This document shows positions 21,019 through 32,078 of a stretch of 64,000 nt of DNA, piece after piece. The notes below the pieces were generated by a model. It was given only the letters and a program-made list of their open reading frames with translations. It searched no databases and had not been told where the DNA came from. Within the stretch, counting starts at the first letter, position 1. The number at the start of each line of letters is the position of its first letter. The DNA is from Escherichia coli (GTDB lineage Bacteria; Pseudomonadota; Gammaproteobacteria; Enterobacterales; Enterobacteriaceae), in the NCBI RefSeq assembly GCF_045037415.1, contig NZ_CP173438.1, one strand, 5' to 3'. The position numbers and the translations under genes were made by a program.

Positions 21019-21273
21019 ATGAAAATTATCAGTTTTGTTCTGCCTTGCTTGCTGGTCCTGGCTGGTTGTTCAACCCCTTCTCAGCCAGAAGCACCTAAAC
21101 CGCCGCAGATTGGTATGGCAAATCCGGCGTCGGTCTATTGCCAGCAGAAGGGCGGGACGCTCATTCCTGTGCAGACAGCGCAAGGGGTCAGCAACAATTG
21201 CAAATTACCGGGCGGTGAAACGATTGATGAATGGGCATTGTGGCGACGGGACCATCCGGCTGGTGAAAAATAA
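21019..21273 (+). CDS. yoaF: DUF333 lipoprotein
   Basis: 84-aa ORF MKIISFVLPCLLVLAGCSTPSQPEAPKPPQIGMANPASVYCQQKGG...; lipobox LAGC. Confidence 0.92.
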   Translation: MKIISFVLPCLLVLAGCSTPSQPEAPKPPQIGMANPASVYCQQKGGTLIPVQTAQGVSNNCKLPGGETIDEWALWRRDHPAGEK

Positions 21274-21294
21274 CCGCCGGATGCTGTACTAAAA

Positions 21295-21642
21295 TCACAA
21301 GCTACGTAGCCAGTCTGCCAGCACCAGCGCATGGTTCTGCGTGGTGTTTTTTGCTGAGTAGAGCAGGGTCAGCGGCTGTTTTTTGGCGATGTCTGCCAGC
21401 CGCTTTCCTTCTTGCTCGTGTTGCGCCAGTTCTGCAAGATATTGCTCGCGAAAGGTTGCAAAATCGACGACTTCGCCGTGAAAGGCTTTGCGCAGCTCCG
21501 TTGACGGCGTGATTTCTTTATTCCACTCATCAAGGGCTAAATCGGTTTTTTTGATACCGCGTGGCCAGAGGCGGTCGACCAGTACGCGATAACCATCGCT
21601 CTGTTCAGCCGGATCATAAACGCGTTTGCACTGAATATTCAT
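21295..21642 (-). CDS. yeaO: DUF488 family protein
   Basis: ORF 21295-21663; K-12-length product (115 aa) begins MNIQCKRVYDPAEQSDGYRVLVDRLWPRGIKK... Confidence 0.9.
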   Translation of the reverse strand: MNIQCKRVYDPAEQSDGYRVLVDRLWPRGIKKTDLALDEWNKEITPSTELRKAFHGEVVDFATFREQYLAELAQHEQEGKRLADIAKKQPLTLLYSAKNTTQNHALVLADWLRSL

Positions 21643-21696
21643 CGTATTTGTTCTCCCTTTCACGCATGATTTGTCACGTCACTATAGCACCGGATA

Positions 21697-22878
21697 TTAG
21701 CGAATTTCTTTGTCTCTCCCGGCGCAAAGTCCGAAAATCGCCATCAGTAGTGAAAGTATTGCAACACCCATCAGTGGTACGGACCAGTCACCGTTAGCAT
21801 CGTGTATTTTACCCATCAGCGGCGGCCCACAGGCTGCCAGCAAATACCCGACGGATTGTGCCATCCCCGAGAGTGCCGCCGCCTGATGCGCAGAACTTGC
21901 CCGAAGACCAATGAACGTCAACCCCAGTATCATTGTTGCGCCGGAACCAAAACCGAAAAGCAGAGTCCAGGTGATCGCGTGTGCTGGCATAAAGCAGAGC
22001 CCAACCGCGCCCACTGCGCACATCAAGGCAACGAACGCTGCAATACCACGCTGATCTTTCACATGATGTAAGAAAAGTGGGATCAGCAAACCGGGAGCTG
22101 CTGTGGCTAGTTGCAGCAAACCATGCAGTGAACCCGCCTGTGCTTCGCTATAGCCTTGACTGATGAGGATCGCCGGAAGCCAGCCAATAATCACGTAATA
22201 GACCAGTGAGTTGATCCCAAGAAACAATGTTACCTGCCAGGCAAGCGGCGAACGCCAGATACCCCGAGTATGTAAGGCGCGTGAGGTACTCAAATTTGCA
22301 TGTTGTTGACTTCGCCACTGTGGCAGCCATAAAAAAAGAGCCAGCAGAGGAAAACACATCAGCATGAGCAACGCGCCTTGCCAGCCAAAACCGTTCAAAG
22401 CCAGCGGCACTACCATCGCCGATCCCAGTGCCGCCGCAGCTCCCATTGTCAGGGAATATGCGCCGGTAAGTCTGGCGACGGAATGAGGGAAATCGCGTTT
22501 AATTAATCCTGGCAGTAAGACATTGCCTAATGCAATCCCACCGCCAATGACCGCTGTACCGCCAAATAATAAGTAAGGCGAAGGGAGAGAGCGAATTGCG
22601 ATACCTGCACAGATCAAAAGTAACGCGGCAAACAGGCTACGTTCCATACCAAAACGTCGCGCCACCGGGGCGGCCAGCGGTGAGATCAGCGCAAAGGCTA
22701 ATAATGGCAGGGTGGTCAATAAGCCGGTTTGCGCCGTCGTTAGCGAGTAAGCGGAACGAATCGTATCCAGTAACGGTGCTGCGCCGGTAAAGGTGACGCG
22801 TAATGTTGTGGCAATCATCAGAATGCCAGCGATAAGGAAAATCCTGTTTTTACCGCTTAATGAAGTTGAACAGGTCAT
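21697..22878 (-). CDS. yeaN: MFS transporter (2-nitroimidazole exporter NimT)
   Basis: 393-aa ORF MTCSTSLSGKNRIFLIAGILMIATTLRVTFTGAAPLLDTIRSAYSL...; 12-TM MFS architecture. Confidence 0.93.
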   Translation of the reverse strand: MTCSTSLSGKNRIFLIAGILMIATTLRVTFTGAAPLLDTIRSAYSLTTAQTGLLTTLPLLAFALISPLAAPVARRFGMERSLFAALLLICAGIAIRSLPSPYLLFGGTAVIGGGIALGNVLLPGLIKRDFPHSVARLTGAYSLTMGAAAALGSAMVVPLALNGFGWQGALLMLMCFPLLALFLWLPQWRSQQHANLSTSRALHTRGIWRSPLAWQVTLFLGINSLVYYVIIGWLPAILISQGYSEAQAGSLHGLLQLATAAPGLLIPLFLHHVKDQRGIAAFVALMCAVGAVGLCFMPAHAITWTLLFGFGSGATMILGLTFIGLRASSAHQAAALSGMAQSVGYLLAACGPPLMGKIHDANGDWSVPLMGVAILSLLMAIFGLCAGRDKEIR

Positions 22879-22974
22879 ATGCTTCTCATTGTTACAAACG
22901 AGGCTGTACCTTACCGTTTTTATTGTTATGTTGAATCAAGCTAAAATGACAAAATATCGCTAAATTCGGACAAA

Positions 22975-23796
22975 ATGATGCACAGGTTGAATCTCAATGG
23001 CTATGAACCCGACCGACACCATGAAGCCGCGGTCGCATTTTGTATTCACGCCGGAACGGATGAGTTAACCAGTCCTGTACATCAGCACCGCAAAGGGCAG
23101 TTGATACTGGCACTACATGGTGCAATTACCTGTACGGTAGAAAATGCTTTGTGGATGGTGCCGCCACAATATGCGGTTTGGATACCGGGCGGGGTGAAAC
23201 ATAGTAATCAAGTGACAGCTAACGCCGAACTCTGTTTTCTGTTTATCGAGCCCAGCGCAGTGACAATGCCGACAACATGTTGCACATTGAAAATATCGCC
23301 CTTATGCCGGGAATTAATTTTAACCCTGGCAAACAGGACGACGACTCAGCGTGCTGAGCCGATGACCCGCAGATTAATTCAGGTCCTGTTTGATGAACTC
23401 CCTCAGCAACCACAACAACAGCTGCACTTGCCCGGTTCTTCTCATCCTAAAATCCGCACGATGGTGGAGATGATGGCGAAAGAGCCCGTCGAGTGGGGCT
23501 CATTGAGGCAATGGGCTGGCTTTTTTGCGATGAGTGAACGCAATCTTGCCCGGCTGATAGTGAAAGAGACGGGGTTGAGTTTTCGCCAGTGGCGTCAGCA
23601 GTTACAGCTGATTATGGCGCTTCAGGGATTAGTGAAAGGCGATACTGTACAGAAAGTTGCTCATACACTGGGGTATGATTCAACAACGGCCTTTATTACT
23701 ATGTTTAAGAAAGGCCTGGGGCAAACGCCAGGCCGATATATTGCGGGATTAACTACTGTTTCCCCACAATCAGCGAAACCAGACCCGCGGCAATAA
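22975..23796 (+). CDS. yeaM: AraC-family transcriptional regulator (NimR)
   Basis: 273-aa [52 protein letters not shown]...; C-terminal AraC HTH; divergent from yeaN. Confidence 0.93.
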
Positions 23797-24199
23797 GCGG
23801 GCCAACCGGTACGCCGCGAAACAGCGCCACGCCTAAAACAGTGCCCACCAGCAGCCCGGCGACCAGTTGCGGCTGGCTGCCCATTAACGTCACGCCGCGC
23901 CCCCCCAGCCAGGAGACAATAACGCCGACTGCAATTGCCACCAGCGATTTCCAGTTCAGAAACGAGTGAATCAGGGTTGAGGGCGGTAGCGTCCCGCTGG
24001 CGATGGGGGCCATAACGCCAATCGTCAGAATGATTATCCCGATACTTAGCCCCTGTTTTTCAATCCACGGGAAAAAGGTGCTTAACGGTGTGACGCGGAC
24101 AATAATCAACACCAGAATTGAAACGGCGACAGTGGTGTTATGACTGATAAAGCCCAGCGCAGCTAACCCGAGCAGGATCAGCAAAGTGACATCAAACAT
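23753..24199 (-). CDS. yeaL: UPF0756 inner-membrane protein
   Basis: 148-aa [54 protein letters not shown]...; 3' end overlaps yeaM 3' end by 44 bp. Confidence 0.92.
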
Positions 24200-24300
24200 C
24201 GTGGTTTCCTTGCCAAAAAATAATAAGCCTGCTTACTTTACGCTTGCTGCAGGCAGGAAGTAGAAAATCTTTACGTTTTTTGCATAAAAAATCAGACGAA

Positions 24301-24318
24301 CTGTCATCAAACTGCCAT
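24301..24318 (+). promoter_or_regulatory. Pho box (PhoB binding site) upstream of yoaI: CTGTCAT-CAAA-CTGCCAT
   Basis: Two direct 7-bp repeats spaced 4 bp, matching the Pho-box consensus CTGTCAT-N4-CTGTCAT at 13/14 positions, about 50 bp upstream of the yoaI ATG. Confidence 0.5.
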
Positions 24319-24368
24319 TTGTGTACGTTAACAATAACGTGAAAACAGCTATCTCCCGGGGGCATACT

Positions 24369-24473
24369 ATGAACGATCAAATGTTCGTCGAGACACTGAT
24401 TATCACGTCATCGTTTTTTGCCATTGCTGCTGTGCTGGTTTTGTCCGTTCTGCTTATTGAACGGACAGGCTAG
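24369..24473 (+). CDS. yoaI: small membrane protein YoaI, 34 aa
   Basis: Not in ORF track. ATG 24369 to TAG 24471-24473 translates [34 protein letters not shown]; single predicted TM helix. Confidence 0.8.
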
Positions 24474-24977
24474 TTACGCAGTGCGGCGGAAATTGACCAG
24501 TTCTGGTTGCGCAATACGCAAATAATCCGCGGTTTTCAAAATAACGGATTTATCCAGCATGCCTGCATTGAAGGCGATTTCATCAAATCGTTCGAAGAGT
24601 AGGGGGTCGGCAACCAGTTTGAGTTTTGGATGGAAGCTGAAAGGGGGGATCGCGCCGAAGACACAGCCTGTGAGTTCATCGACTTCCGCCGGGCTGGCCA
24701 ACGAAGCGCGTAATCCGCCTATATGGCTGGCGAGTTGGCTCAGATCGGCCTGTTGATCGGCAGCGAGGATCGCCAGAACATGTTGATTTACGCCATTGCC
24801 TTTGACTTTACATACCAGTGCCTTAGCCCCCTGGCCTAAAGCGGTGCCACGAATTTCTGACACTGCTTCACATTTACCTACCGCTTCATGGGTAACGACG
24901 CGGAAGTTAGCACCTTCTTGTGATAATAAAGCGATTAACCGCTGATGCGTCACGCTTCCTTTAGCCATTTCAGTCAT
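24474..24977 (-). CDS. yeaK: YbaK-family mischarged aminoacyl-tRNA deacylase
   Basis: 167-aa ORF MTEMAKGSVTHQRLIALLSQEGANFRVVTHEAVGKCEAVSEIRGTALGQG...; its stop codon abuts the yoaI stop. Confidence 0.93.
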   Translation of the reverse strand: MTEMAKGSVTHQRLIALLSQEGANFRVVTHEAVGKCEAVSEIRGTALGQGAKALVCKVKGNGVNQHVLAILAADQQADLSQLASHIGGLRASLASPAEVDELTGCVFGAIPPFSFHPKLKLVADPLLFERFDEIAFNAGMLDKSVILKTADYLRIAQPELVNFRRTA

Positions 24978-25019
24978 TTCATGCTCCTGAGATTACAAGC
25001 AAACAACCACAGAAGGTTA

Positions 25020-26510
25020 TCATGAACGGCTGTTTTTGTTCTGCTTATTGACATATAAACGCTCATCGGAAGCTTTATACGCATCATGTAACGTATCGTT
25101 TTCTTTCATCGCGTAAATACCGGAAGAGAAGCCGATCTCTTTCTGCGGCGCGATATGTTGCAGACGTTTTTCGATACGTTCAGGCAGTTGTGCTGCAATT
25201 TGCGGCGTCGAATCGACAAGAATGATGCAGAATTCATCGCCACCGAGTCGGATGGCATAATCACTTTTACGAATCGACTGTTTAATCGCCTGAGCTAATA
25301 ACGTAATCGCTAAATCCCCCTCCTGATGACCGAGGGTGTCATTTATTTGCTTTAACTTGTCCATGTCAATAGCAATAAACATCACCGAAGAACCGGATTG
25401 CACCAGTTTCTGCAACCGCTGCTCCAGTTCAGGGGTTAAAATTTTGCGATTATAGAGTCCAGTCATCGCATCACTAATATTTTCTCGCGACACATTTTGG
25501 TATAAGCGGAAGTGCATCCGCACCATATTCAGCAAAATTAACGCCGTCAAAATCCAGAACAGAACGCTTTTCCACGAAGACGTGATAAAGTAAAGAATAT
25601 CAATGGATAACGAGACACGAATGCCGCCCGGTAAGTCATGGACGTAACTGACATACTGGAACAGATTATCTTCGCTCTGGTTGATGATAATGTCGCGCCC
25701 CGAATCTGTATCGGTTAGCGTGACATTGAGAAAACGCCAGAGGAGAGGGCGGTCATGAGTGTAAAAGATATTCCGCAGATTGTTTTTGTTAATATCCAGC
25801 AGCACAATCCCTTTTAGCTGCCCTGCGACATATACCGGCGTCAGCAAACTCATCACGTTCTGTTTAGTACGCTGATCCTGGTAAATGCTCGATAATACGG
25901 TACGCCCGGTAAATACTTTTTCAATATCTTTGCGATCGATACCAATACTTCCTGATTGCAGGAAGGACCAGTTATTCATCGCAAAGTATTCAACATTAAC
26001 CGGCTCATAAAAATAGACATAGCGGTCATTGAGATCGAGATAATAGTGAAATTTCTCTTCGGCCATCCCAAGACCTGAACCGTAATCATCCTGGTGGCGG
26101 TTGCCTTCCACTGCCTGATCAAAAGCGGGTAATAGTGCTGCAGCTTCCACAATTGTGTCGCAGTCAGTGGATGCGGTTTGTAGTGTGCCGCGTAAGCCCT
26201 GGTATTTATGAGCAGTCAGGTTTAAGCCATGGGTATTATTGGCAGACTCAAAAGCCTCGCAGATAGCGCGCCGTTGTTCTGGCGGTACTTCCGACTGCTC
26301 AGCAGCGAGAGCGCGCATCACATGCGCGGCAATACTCTGATTCTGATACTTATCATAAAGAAAGGAAGAGTCTGCTCTCTGCACGATATAGCGCAGATAG
26401 GCACTCATTGCTCTGTCGCTGGCGACAAGTTCAAAAATAAGGAAGGAAGATGTCAGCACAATGACACTTGCGGCGATAAAATGCCGGAGCATTCTATGGT
26501 GCAATTTCAT
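25020..26510 (-). CDS. dgcJ: membrane-bound diguanylate cyclase
   Basis: ORF 25020-26690; K-12-length product (496 aa) begins MKLHHRMLRHFIAASVIVLTSSFLIFELVAS...; intact AIRLGGDEFCIILVD GGDEF motif. Confidence 0.9.
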   Translation of the reverse strand: MKLHHRMLRHFIAASVIVLTSSFLIFELVASDRAMSAYLRYIVQRADSSFLYDKYQNQSIAAHVMRALAAEQSEVPPEQRRAICEAFESANNTHGLNLTAHKYQGLRGTLQTASTDCDTIVEAAALLPAFDQAVEGNRHQDDYGSGLGMAEEKFHYYLDLNDRYVYFYEPVNVEYFAMNNWSFLQSGSIGIDRKDIEKVFTGRTVLSSIYQDQRTKQNVMSLLTPVYVAGQLKGIVLLDINKNNLRNIFYTHDRPLLWRFLNVTLTDTDSGRDIIINQSEDNLFQYVSYVHDLPGGIRVSLSIDILYFITSSWKSVLFWILTALILLNMVRMHFRLYQNVSRENISDAMTGLYNRKILTPELEQRLQKLVQSGSSVMFIAIDMDKLKQINDTLGHQEGDLAITLLAQAIKQSIRKSDYAIRLGGDEFCIILVDSTPQIAAQLPERIEKRLQHIAPQKEIGFSSGIYAMKENDTLHDAYKASDERLYVNKQNKNSRS

Positions 26511-26690
26511 GATAAATGGCACTCCTTCGGTTAGTGAAACGAGAAAACCAGATAAAGTTCGATTGCGGCCTGGCACAGGGGCGCTAATTATACTCATCTC
26601 TGCGCCGCTGGGGAGGGGAAATTTAGGGGTAATAGTAATAAATTGTATGCAAAAGCCACGCAAAAAGCATGGCTGTGAATATTTTTGCAC

Positions 26691-28166
26691 TTAAATATGA
26701 TGAATAATCACTTTGTTGCCCCCCTCGCTTTTCGCTTCGCGTAAGGCTTTATCTGCTTCCGTCATGACAAGCGAGATATTATGCGTGTCACCCGTTGAAA
26801 AAACCGTGCCAATACTGATGGTCATTTGTTCAGGAACATCATATCTGTTACTAAAGCCGGTCAGGAGTTCGACATTTTTACGCATACGTTCCGCAATGAT
26901 TTTTGCCTGGGCACTATTGAGTTCGGTAAATAGCAAGCCAAACACCTCACCCTCCAGTCGCGCTAAAATATCATCGGGGCGGATGCTTTGCTGGATAATA
27001 TCGACAATTGATACCAGCACTTTATCACCCACACGATGTCCCCATTGGGCATTGATGCGTTTGAACTGATTAATATCAACCAGCATGACACAAAAGTCCT
27101 TAACAACAGGTCGCGACAATAATGACTCTACGCTGTTGAAAAAGTAGCGCCGATTATAAATATTGGTCAGCACATCATGAACTGCCAGTTTGCTGGAGAG
27201 TTGCAGTTCCTGAAAAATGTTATAAATCAGAAAAGACACAACAAACAGTTTACTGGAAACTTCAATCCCGCGACTGATATACCAGATGGTGTAATTATAC
27301 TCATCCAGAGTCAGTAGAAGTAAGTTGCAGCATAGCGATGCCAGACATAATAATGCTATTAACGGCCATAGTTCGCTGGCTAATCGTGTACGCATGATAA
27401 TAAAGAACAGTAAAAATGCCCACAAACAAACCAATATTTTTGTATAGTTGATTCCCCAGGTCGCAGTATGGTTGTCCGGGCAGTAATCGACGACATACAA
27501 AGAATAGTCAGCGTTATAACTGCTCAGATTGTGTGCCAGAAGGGGAAAAACTAAAAAAGGAATCAGCGCCAGCAACAGAATGCCAGTTTTTTTCTTATTG
27601 TTGTCAAGGATGTTGTCTTTCCCATAACAAAAGAGCGCCAGCGAGGTTAAACAAATGAAACTGAGTTGGCGGAAAATATAGAAAATAGAAACATCATTCG
27701 ACTTTGTCTGGATCAGTGTACTGCCGTTGATTGGTTTATGGATAATTACAATGGTTTCAACTAAATAGATAAGGCCACTTAAAAATGCAAGGCTTAAAAT
27801 GAGTGTTGGTAAAATTTGTTTGTTAGTGAAATACTTCATTAACATGAAAAGAAAAATGACGGCGTTAAGGAAAAACAAAGCCACAACAACCATCAGGTAA
27901 TTCATCTGTGGGATGAGTTTTACATTCGTGTTTTCGTTATATAAGGTAGTAATGCAAAATAAAATTAACGTCAGCAATAAGCTGAAAATAAAAAAGCCTT
28001 GAGCTTTTAATTTTTGTGTACCCATAGAAGCCATAAAAAGGAGAGCAATGTGAGTGCTGGATTTTATTGATGGCAGAGATATATAGTTTTGACCAAGATC
28101 AATTTTCGTTAACGATAAAAAATAATTAAAGAATAACCCCAGGGAAATACGTGTTGACCGAATCAT
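26691..28166 (-). CDS. dgcI: membrane GGDEF-domain protein with degenerate active-site motif (EGEVF)
   Basis: 491-aa ORF recognised as YeaI; N-terminal multi-TM region, C-terminal GGDEF fold with ...ILARLEGEVFGLLF...; coding sequence is conspicuously AT-rich. Confidence 0.9.
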   Translation of the reverse strand: MIRSTRISLGLFFNYFLSLTKIDLGQNYISLPSIKSSTHIALLFMASMGTQKLKAQGFFIFSLLLTLILFCITTLYNENTNVKLIPQMNYLMVVVALFFLNAVIFLFMLMKYFTNKQILPTLILSLAFLSGLIYLVETIVIIHKPINGSTLIQTKSNDVSIFYIFRQLSFICLTSLALFCYGKDNILDNNKKKTGILLLALIPFLVFPLLAHNLSSYNADYSLYVVDYCPDNHTATWGINYTKILVCLWAFLLFFIIMRTRLASELWPLIALLCLASLCCNLLLLTLDEYNYTIWYISRGIEVSSKLFVVSFLIYNIFQELQLSSKLAVHDVLTNIYNRRYFFNSVESLLSRPVVKDFCVMLVDINQFKRINAQWGHRVGDKVLVSIVDIIQQSIRPDDILARLEGEVFGLLFTELNSAQAKIIAERMRKNVELLTGFSNRYDVPEQMTISIGTVFSTGDTHNISLVMTEADKALREAKSEGGNKVIIHHI

Positions 28167-28312
28167 TTTTCCGAATGATTGTTTTCTGGAACTAAATTGT
28201 GTAAAGGTTATGCTGTCATATTTAAAGCGATTGTAAGCTAATGTATGTAATAAAAGAGATAATTTACAGTGAGCTAAAAATCAGCCAGGCGATAATGACC
28301 CGGCTGACAGTT

Positions 28313-29608
<1,296 letters not shown>

Positions 29609-29676
29609 CTACATTTGCCAACGGTATGCTACGCTTGTGTTGCCGCTTCTCTGGCCCACGGTTCGCTGTCGTTGTA

Positions 29677-29701
29677 GGCCCGGTAGCATGTGTACCGGGC
29701 C
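29677..29701 (-). other. intercistronic stem-loop between yeaG and yeaH (GGCCCGGTA-GCATGTG-TACCGGGCC)
   Basis: Perfect 9-bp GC-rich inverted repeat in the 112-bp yeaG-yeaH spacer; possible RNA processing/stability element or attenuator. Confidence 0.3.
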
Positions 29702-29708
29702 AGGGTTG

Positions 29709-31643
29709 TTAAGACGATTTACGTACGCGCAAATACCATTCGCACAGTAAACGCACCTGTTTACGGGTGTAGCCTTTTTCCATCATACGGTCGACAAAGT
29801 CGTCGTGTTTCTTCTGCTCGTCGGTTGACGTTTTGGCGTTAAACGAAATAACCGGCAACAGCTCTTCGGTATTGGAGAACATTTTCTTCTCGATAACCGT
29901 GCGCAGTTTTTCATAGCTGGTCCAGTTCGGATTGCGTCCGCTGTTATTCGCTCTGGCTCGCAGTACGAAGTTAACAATCTCGTTGCGGAAATCTTTTGGA
30001 TTACTGATCCCCGCCGGTTTCTCGATTTTCTCCAGCTCGGCGTTAAGAGACTCGCGGTCAAACAGCTGCCCGGTATCCGGATCGCGATACTCCTGATCCT
30101 GAATCCAGAAATCCGCGTAGGTAACATAACGGTCGAAAATGTTTTGCCCATATTCTGAATAGGATTCAAGGTAGGCCGTCTGGATCTCTTTGCCGATAAA
30201 CTCGGCATATTTCGGGATCAGATAACCTTTCAGGAACTCCAGATAGCGTTCAGCCTGCTCTTGCGGGAACTGCTCGCGCTCGATCTGCTGTTCCAGGACG
30301 TAGAACAGATGGACCGGGTTTGCCGCCACTTCTACATGATCGAAGTTGAACACGCGGGAGAGGATCTTAAACGCAAAACGCGTCGACAGACCGTTCATCC
30401 CTTCATCGACACCGGCGTAGTCACGATATTCCTGATACGACTTGGCTTTGGGATCAGTGTCTTTCAGACTTTCACCATCATAAACGCGCATCTTTGAATA
30501 AATGCTGGAGTTTTCTGGCTCTTTCAGACGCGAAAGAATAGAAAAACGTGACAGCGTTTCCAGCGTGCCAGGGGCGCAGGGGGCGTGAGTCAATTCACTG
30601 TGATTAAGCAATTTCTCGTAGATTTTGATCTCTTCGGAAATGCGCAAGCAATACGGCACCTTCACGATGTAAACACGGTCGAGGAAGGCTTCGTTGTTTT
30701 TGTTATTACGGAAAGTGACCCATTCGGATTCGTTCGAGTGGGCGAGAATAATCCCGTTGAACGGCAGGGCGGAGATACCTTCCGTCCCGTTGTAGTTACC
30801 TTCCTGGGTGGCGGTTAACAAGGGATGCAGCACTTTTATCGGTGCTTTAAACATCTCGACAAATTCCATGATCCCCTGATTGGCGCGGCACAGCGCACCG
30901 GAATAGCCGTAGGCGTCCGGGTCATTCTGCGCGTAGTGTTCGAGTTTACGAATATCGACTTTCCCTACCAGGGCGGAGATGTCCTGGTTGTTCTCATCTC
31001 CGGGTTCCGTTTTGGCGATGGCAATTTGTTGCAGAATTGACGGCCAGACCTTCACTACCCGGAACTTAGTGATATCGCCACCAAATTCATGCAGGCGCTT
31101 TGCCGCCCACGGCGACATGATGGTGCCGAGATAACGGCGAGGAATGCCGTACTCTTTTTCCAGAATCTGCGCATCTTCCTGCGGATTGAAAAGACAGAAC
31201 GGATGATCGTTGACCGGGCTACGCTCACCGTTGGCGCTCAATACATAAATCGGTACGAGCTGCATTAATGATTTCAGTCGCTCAGCAAGTGATGATTTAC
31301 CCCCACCCACAGGCCCCAGCAGATACAGAATTTGTTTCTTCTCTTCCAGCCCCTGAGCCGCGTGTTTCAGATAAGAAACAATCTGTTCAATCGCGTCTTC
31401 CATGCCGTAAAACTCTTCAAACGCCGGATAACGTGCAATGACCCGGTTAGAAAAGAGTCGAGAAAGTCTGGGTTCCTGGGCTGTATCGACCATGACAGGC
31501 TCACCAATAGCCATCAATAGCCGCTCAGCCGCGTTGGCATAAGCACTGCGATCTTGCCGACAAGTGGTAAGAAACTCCTGCAGTGTGAACTCTTCGTCCT
31601 TGGCAGCTTCATATCGCTGGCGATAGTGATCGAATATATTCAT
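29709..31643 (-). CDS. yeaG: PrkA-family serine protein kinase
   Basis: 644-aa ORF MNIFDHYRQRYEAAKDEEFTLQEFLTTCRQDRSAYANAAERLLMAIGEP...; Walker A-like LLGPVGGGKSSLAERL. Confidence 0.95.
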   Translation of the reverse strand: MNIFDHYRQRYEAAKDEEFTLQEFLTTCRQDRSAYANAAERLLMAIGEPVMVDTAQEPRLSRLFSNRVIARYPAFEEFYGMEDAIEQIVSYLKHAAQGLEEKKQILYLLGPVGGGKSSLAERLKSLMQLVPIYVLSANGERSPVNDHPFCLFNPQEDAQILEKEYGIPRRYLGTIMSPWAAKRLHEFGGDITKFRVVKVWPSILQQIAIAKTEPGDENNQDISALVGKVDIRKLEHYAQNDPDAYGYSGALCRANQGIMEFVEMFKAPIKVLHPLLTATQEGNYNGTEGISALPFNGIILAHSNESEWVTFRNNKNNEAFLDRVYIVKVPYCLRISEEIKIYEKLLNHSELTHAPCAPGTLETLSRFSILSRLKEPENSSIYSKMRVYDGESLKDTDPKAKSYQEYRDYAGVDEGMNGLSTRFAFKILSRVFNFDHVEVAANPVHLFYVLEQQIEREQFPQEQAERYLEFLKGYLIPKYAEFIGKEIQTAYLESYSEYGQNIFDRYVTYADFWIQDQEYRDPDTGQLFDRESLNAELEKIEKPAGISNPKDFRNEIVNFVLRARANNSGRNPNWTSYEKLRTVIEKKMFSNTEELLPVISFNAKTSTDEQKKHDDFVDRMMEKGYTRKQVRLLCEWYLRVRKSS

Positions 31644-32078
31644 GGTATGCCGTCCTTTCGTTTTTTAGCACAGGTTAAGAGCCGTTCATATGAATAGTAG
31701 AGGCTCCCGGAAGAGGTAAACTGAACGACGTCTCTTGCTAAAACACAGCAACTCTCATGCCATTTTATTGACGATGAGAACAACGTGCCCGGTGATACAC
31801 CTTCAAAATTAAGCGTAGATGGCAAATGGAAAACTTGCCTGCACGGCTTTCTTAATTTCAATGGCATATCAACAACTCATCCATAAATTTTGCATAATTA
31901 ATGTAAATAATAGGGTCGCCGGTAACGCTAAATTCATTTGGCTGTAAGCGTGGTGTCATCTGCGTCAGGAAAATTAAACAGTTACTATAAAAAATGAAAA
32001 CGTAAAAAGGTTGGGTTTCGATGTATTGACGGGTAAACTTTGTCGCCCGCTAAACATTTGTTTAAGGAATGATTAATT

